A DNA stretch of 64,000 nt, from the NCBI GenBank assembly GCA_965214835.1, contig CBDCCK010000002.1, positions 1,472,001 to 1,536,000 of the forward strand, in the 5' to 3' direction. The notes beneath the pieces are model-generated. The model was not told the origin of the DNA. It did no database searches and worked only from the letters and a program-made list of their open reading frames with translations. How positions within the stretch are numbered: position 1 is the stretch's first letter; each line of letters begins with the position of its first letter. Below are positions 61,301 through 64,000 of this stretch, in pieces. A program made the translations under genes and the position numbers. Source of the DNA: Nitrosopumilaceae archaeon. GTDB taxonomy: Archaea; Thermoproteota; Nitrososphaeria; Nitrososphaerales; Nitrosopumilaceae.

Positions 61301-64000
61301 GGAGGGCCTCCAGATTGTAAAGCTTGCAGAGAGCACAAGGCCCGCCTTTGCATCGGCAACCCTTGACAGGAACACGGGGGCCATGGCTATCACGTTTGCC
61401 GATGTCATAGACGTCTCGGAGACCGACCTGTCAAAGCTGTACATCAGCGATATAAGCGAGACAAACGCCGTCTCGCTGGCCGGCGCCGGCTTTGACGACA
61501 CGGCAGCCGACTCCGATACGATACGGCTGAGGCTCACAGGCCCGCAGCTGGCAGGAATCGCCCCAATCGTGACTGTACAGCTGGATATCGCAGCAGACGC
61601 CGTATCGGACCTGTCCGGAGGCCATATCAGGGATTCACCGGACAACCCGATTACGACGGCCAGTCCGGACAGCCCGATCTTCTCCGGAATGCTGCCCGAC
61701 AATACCCAGCTGCTTCTTGGCGGCGCCTACGGCGTGGATGTCTTTACGATAGACGCCAACACCTACGCGGTAGTGGCCTCCAGCGATGAGAACGGCCTCC
61801 AGATTGTGAATATAACCGATCCCGACAATCCGACAGCGGCCGGACGGCTTGCAGATGCCACCGACCTGCTGCTTGACGGGGCCAACGCCGTGGCCGCCTT
61901 TAGGATAGACTCGAGTACCTACGCCGCCGTGCCCTCCGGCGGCGAGGGCGGCCTCCAGATTGTAAATGTTACAGATCCCGACAATCCGACAGCGGCCGGG
62001 AATCTTGAAGACACCGAGCCTGCAAACCCGGGTGAGGACGAGCTGCTGCTTGGTGGAGCCGGCGGAGTGGAGATATTCCAAGTGGGATCTGACGTCTACG
62101 CTGCAGTGACATCCAACACCGAGGGCGGCCTCCAGATTGTAAATGTTACAGATCCCGACAATCCTACAGCGGCCGGACAGCTTGCAGATGCCACCGACCT
62201 GCTGCTTGACGCCCCCCTCGGCGTGGATGTCTTTCTGATAGGCGGCAAGATCTACGCGACTATGACATCGACATCCAACGGCAAGGCCGGCCTCCAGATA
62301 ATAGATATAACCGATCCCGACAATCCGACAGCGGCCGGGCAGCTTGCAGATGCCAACAACCTGCTGCTTGAGGGAACCATTGGCGTGGATGTCTTTATGA
62401 TAGGCACCAAGACCTATGCCGCAGTGTCCTCCGTTGTTGAACACGGCCTCCAGATAATAGACGTCTCTGATCCCGACAATCCGGCAGCGGCAGGACGTCT
62501 TGCAGACACCACCGACCTGCTGCTTAGAAACGCCCAAGGCGTGGACGTCTTTACGACAGAAGATGGCACCTACGCGGCCGTCACCTCCGAATTCGGCGGC
62601 CTCCAGATAATAGACGTCTCTGATCCCGACAATCCGGCAGCGGCAGGACAGATTGCAGATGATACCGACCTGCTGCTTGGAGTCGCCTACGACGTGGCCG
62701 TGTTCCTGAACGGCGGGGACACGTATGCCGTGGTGGCAACCGACATGGAGGGCCTCCAGATTGTAAAGCTTGCCGAGGTTACAGATGCGACGGATGAAAC
62801 AAGGCCCTCCTTTGAGTCTGCAACCCTCGACGAGGGCACGGGCGCCATGACCATAACCTTTGATGAGACAATAGACATATCGGCTACAAACCTCTCGCTG
62901 CTGTACGTCAGTGATGTAAACCAGGCAGATACGGTACCGTTGATAGGCGCCGCATTTGACTTTGGTTCTGCTGACGTCGAGACCCTCTCGCTTACGCTCG
63001 TCCAGACCCAGCTGGACGAGATAGTCCCGATGGGAACCCCGCAGCTTGACATTACAGCAGGCGCCGTCTCAGACATACTGGGCAACCAGATAGCAGACTC
63101 GCCGGACAACCCGATCACGTTAACCGCAGACGACACAAGGCCCTCCTTTGAGTCTGCAACCCTCGACGAGGGCACGGGCGCCATGACCATAACCTTTGAT
63201 GAGACAATAGACATATCGGCTACAAACCTCTCGCTGCTGTACGTCAGCGATGTAAACCAGGCAGATACGGTACCGCTGACAGGCGCCGCATTTGACTTTG
63301 GTTCTGCTGACGTCGAGACCCTCTCGCTTACGCTCGTCCAGACCCAGCTGGACGAGATAGTCCCGATGGGAACCCCGCAGCTCGATATTACAGCAGGCGC
63401 CGTCTCAGACATACTGGGCAACCAGATAGCAGACTCGCCGGACAACCCGATCACGTTAACCGCAGACGACACAAGGCCCTCCTTTGAGTCTGCAACCCTC
63501 GACGAGGGCACGGGCGCCATGACCATAACCTTTGATGAGACAATAGACATATCGGCTACAAACCTCTCGCTGCTGTACGTCAGTGATGTAAACCAAGCAG
63601 ATACGGTACCGTTGATAGGCGCCGCATTTGACTTTGGTTCTGCTGACGTCGAGACCCTCTCACTCACGCTCGTCCAGACCCAGCTGGACGAGATAGTCCC
63701 GATGGGAACCCCGCAGCTCGATATTACAGCAGGCGCCGTCTCAGATACGGCGGGCAACCAGATAGCAGACTCGCCGGACAACCCGATCACGTTAACCGCA
63801 GACGACACAAGGCCCTCCTTTGAGTCTGCAACCCTCGACGAGGGCACGGGCGCCATGACCATAACCTTTGATGAGACAATAGACATATCGGCTACAAACC
63901 TCTCGCTGCTGTACGTCAGTGATGTAAACCAGGCAGATACGGTACCGTTGATAGGCGCCGCATTTGACTTTGGTTCTGCTGACGTCGAGACCCTCTCGCT
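55347..64000 (+). CDS. Second giant beta-propeller/Ig surface protein paralog (runs off the window; absent from the ORF track)
   Basis: Near-identical signal peptide LVFIAAAVLGLAAAGALQEGAYAQQSE; from 58806 near-identical to 8111 onward (offset 50695); 336-bp repeats at 62800, 63136, 63472, 63808. Confidence 0.9.
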   Translation, partial: MVFIAAAVLGLAAAGALQEGAYAQQSEIAVVAVGNMGDNSTLLLAGAHGVDTFTIGSNTYAAVVSDREHGLQLVDITDPASPVATGNLANNNNLLLQSARGVDVFTIGSNTYAAVASNHNDGIQIVNVTDPTDPTAAGNLGDGGSRILRGANGVAVFTLGSTTHAVVAAFDDDGIQIVNVTDPDSLNADGRLGNNPSRELDGPRAVDIFTIASNTYAIVASDADDGIQIVNVTDPDNPDAVGRLRDSGSRNLDNTRGVDVFEIGSSTYAAVTSRFDGIQIVNVTDPTSPTAEGSLDDTTSTLLAEARGVDVFEIGSNTYAAVASDGEDGIQIVNVTDPTSLTAEGSLADTESTLLDGIQDVDVFKIGTNTYAAVVSGNDNGLQILWLGAAADAPNSPPVAPATTATTAEDTPVTITPAISDPDTSDTPVISAVDNPPNGTATHDDDTITYTPDTDYDGTDAFTYTVSDGTDTAQGTITVTITRDNNDPVLGTIGDQNATPDTQLSITPTVTDADTTDTHRYSISRGTLPAAAAFNTSDGSITWTPVQSDAGQTHTVTITVSDGRGGTDSQTFDITVASLNVIEVAPVGNLKDGGSLLLDTSTSVAVFEITDGGNTNTYAAVTSFADNGLQIVDVTNPAQPRAVGNLEDTEPANPGEDELLLDGAFGVDVFTTGGKTYAAVASSNDGGLQIVDVTDPASPAAAGSLADNNTLLLDGASRVKVFTIGANTYAAVTSSFADSGLQIVDVTDPSAPAAAGNLEDDNDLLLADTQYVDIFETNSRTYTAVASESDSGLQIVDVTDPSAPAAAGNLEDDGSRLLDSAHGVDVFTIGQRTYAAVTSGGDDGLQIVDVTNPSAPAAAGNLEDDNSLKLGNAYGVDVFTIGANTYAIVASFADDGLQIADITDPDNPKAAGQLEDTSDLLLATAFDVDVFTINAATYAVATARDDHGIQIVRLDAADATNAPPVAPAETATTPEDTPVTITPAISDPNVSDTPVISAVDDPPNGTATHDDTTITYTPDQDYNGTDTFGYTVSDGTDTTQGTITVTVTRDNNNPVLEKIGKQTVVAGAQLSITPTVTDADPTDTHTYSIRIKDGTLPVSAIFTSSDGSLVWTPAPSDAGTYKVTITVDDGRGGRGLTAFDITVTPADPIAVTPVGSLGDNSTLELDNARNVDIFTIGTKTYAVVVSNADDGLQIVDVTDPDNPAAAGKLEDTEPDGLLLDGAYNVDVFTTGGKTYAAIAASYSDHGLQVVDVTDPDNPAAAGNLEDNEDADELLLRGAQGVDVFTIGAKTYAVVAANADDGLQIVDLTNPASPTAVGKMHNTTAPLLDGIYDVSAFTIDSNTYAAVASFTRNGLQIVDLTNPANPTAAGNLVDDGSRELDGARGVDIFTIDSNTYAAVASIDDDGLQIVNVTDPDNPTAAGNLVDDGSRELDGASDVDIFTIDSNTYAAVASQHDDGLQIVNVTDPDNPTAAGKLGDRGSRELNGAHGVSVFTIGTKTYAAVASYLDDGLQIVELSVTDDVRPEFASATLDVDLGVMTVTFSETVDVSATSLSLLYVSDTNETNTVSLAGADFDDAAADSDTIQIDLASSQRAAIDLMTTPQLDIAAGAVSDLSRNLIDAAADNTITTASPDSPIPSGRLPDSASLILEKSRSVDTFTIGSNVYAVAVSNAEDGFQIVDISRPDKPRGLGNLVDSNLPQRLLDGARGVATFTAGGKTYAAIASHADDGIQVFSVSDLAHPQSAGRLEDNGFRLLDGATGVTTFTIGSNTYAAVTSQHDGGLQLVNVTDPSSLTAPGRLEDGGSRLLADTSSVDTFKRGGSTYAVVASWGDDGLEIIDVSNPSSPAETGRLADDSDMLLRGIRAVDAFEAGGSAYVAVASHGENGLQIVDVSDPANPSPAGKLADGGDRLLGGASGVEIFWVGQAVYAAVASQSDDGLQIVDVSDPDNPAEAGSLRDGPRLSLDAARDLSVFTRGGAQYAVVASDTEGLQIVKLAESTRPAFASATLDRNTGAMAITFADVIDVSETDLSKLYISDISETNAVSLAGAGFDDTAADSDTIRLRLTGPQLAGIAPIVTVQLDIAADAVSDLSGGHIRDSPDNPITTASPDSPIFSGMLPDNTQLLLGGAYGVDVFTIDANTYAVVASSDENGLQIVNITDPDNPTAAGRLADATDLLLDGANAVAAFRIDSSTYAAVPSGGEGGLQIVNVTDPDNPTAAGNLEDTEPANPGEDELLLGGAGGVEIFQVGSDVYAAVTSNTEGGLQIVNVTDPDNPTAAGQLADATDLLLDAPLGVDVFLIGGKIYATMTSTSNGKAGLQIIDITDPDNPTAAGQLADANNLLLEGTIGVDVFMIGTKTYAAVSSVVEHGLQIIDVSDPDNPAAAGRLADTTDLLLRNAQGVDVFTTEDGTYAAVTSEFGGLQIIDVSDPDNPAAAGQIADDTDLLLGVAYDVAVFLNGGDTYAVVATDMEGLQIVKLAEVTDATDETRPSFESATLDEGTGAMTITFDETIDISATNLSLLYVSDVNQADTVPLIGAAFDFGSADVETLSLTLVQTQLDEIVPMGTPQLDITAGAVSDILGNQIADSPDNPITLTADDTRPSFESATLDEGTGAMTITFDETIDISATNLSLLYVSDVNQADTVPLTGAAFDFGSADVETLSLTLVQTQLDEIVPMGTPQLDITAGAVSDILGNQIADSPDNPITLTADDTRPSFESATLDEGTGAMTITFDETIDISATNLSLLYVSDVNQADTVPLIGAAFDFGSADVETLSLTLVQTQLDEIVPMGTPQLDITAGAVSDTAGNQIADSPDNPITLTADDTRPSFESATLDEGTGAMTITFDETIDISATNLSLLYVSDVNQADTVPLIGAAFDFGSADVETLS

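Noticed and set aside
2981-64000. Diversity-generating retroelement behind the adhesin variability
   Set aside because: No reverse transcriptase and no template/variable repeat pair with adenine-only differences is visible in the window

Overview
Window from an archaeon of the Nitrososphaerota (Thaumarchaeota). Evidence is a eukaryote-like topoisomerase IB, a CFI-box-CTERM-type surface protein, and archaeal-type ValS, RtcB, PDCD5 and S11. The GC-rich core genes and heavy IS load suggest a host-associated Nitrosopumilaceae lineage (inference). Two short core blocks (valS/queD/PCD/asnB-like/purB/topIB and rtcB/PDCD5/rps11) sit in a surface-glycosylation region (GT4, GT2, ugd, wecB). That region is heavily eroded by IS110, IS66, IS630, IS5, ISH3 and IS3 elements and by at least four MITE families. 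Two paralogous giant secreted beta-propeller/Ig proteins bracket the window (2981-16762 and 55347->64000); they have near-identical C-proximal parts and mosaic, variable N-termini. Main findings: (1) an archaeal IS110 whose non-coding end reads as a bridge RNA, with guides matching its own ends and one flank around a CA core; (2) modular, hypervariable giant adhesin paralogs with a conserved long leader; (3) an HD-dNTPase-like gene coupled to a YwgA/Panacea-like partner that IS66 has broken; (4) MITE knockouts of a RelE toxin and a glycosyltransferase; (5) a 1.4-kb inverted duplication enclosing essential genes. All calls come from reading the sequence by eye; no database searches were run.
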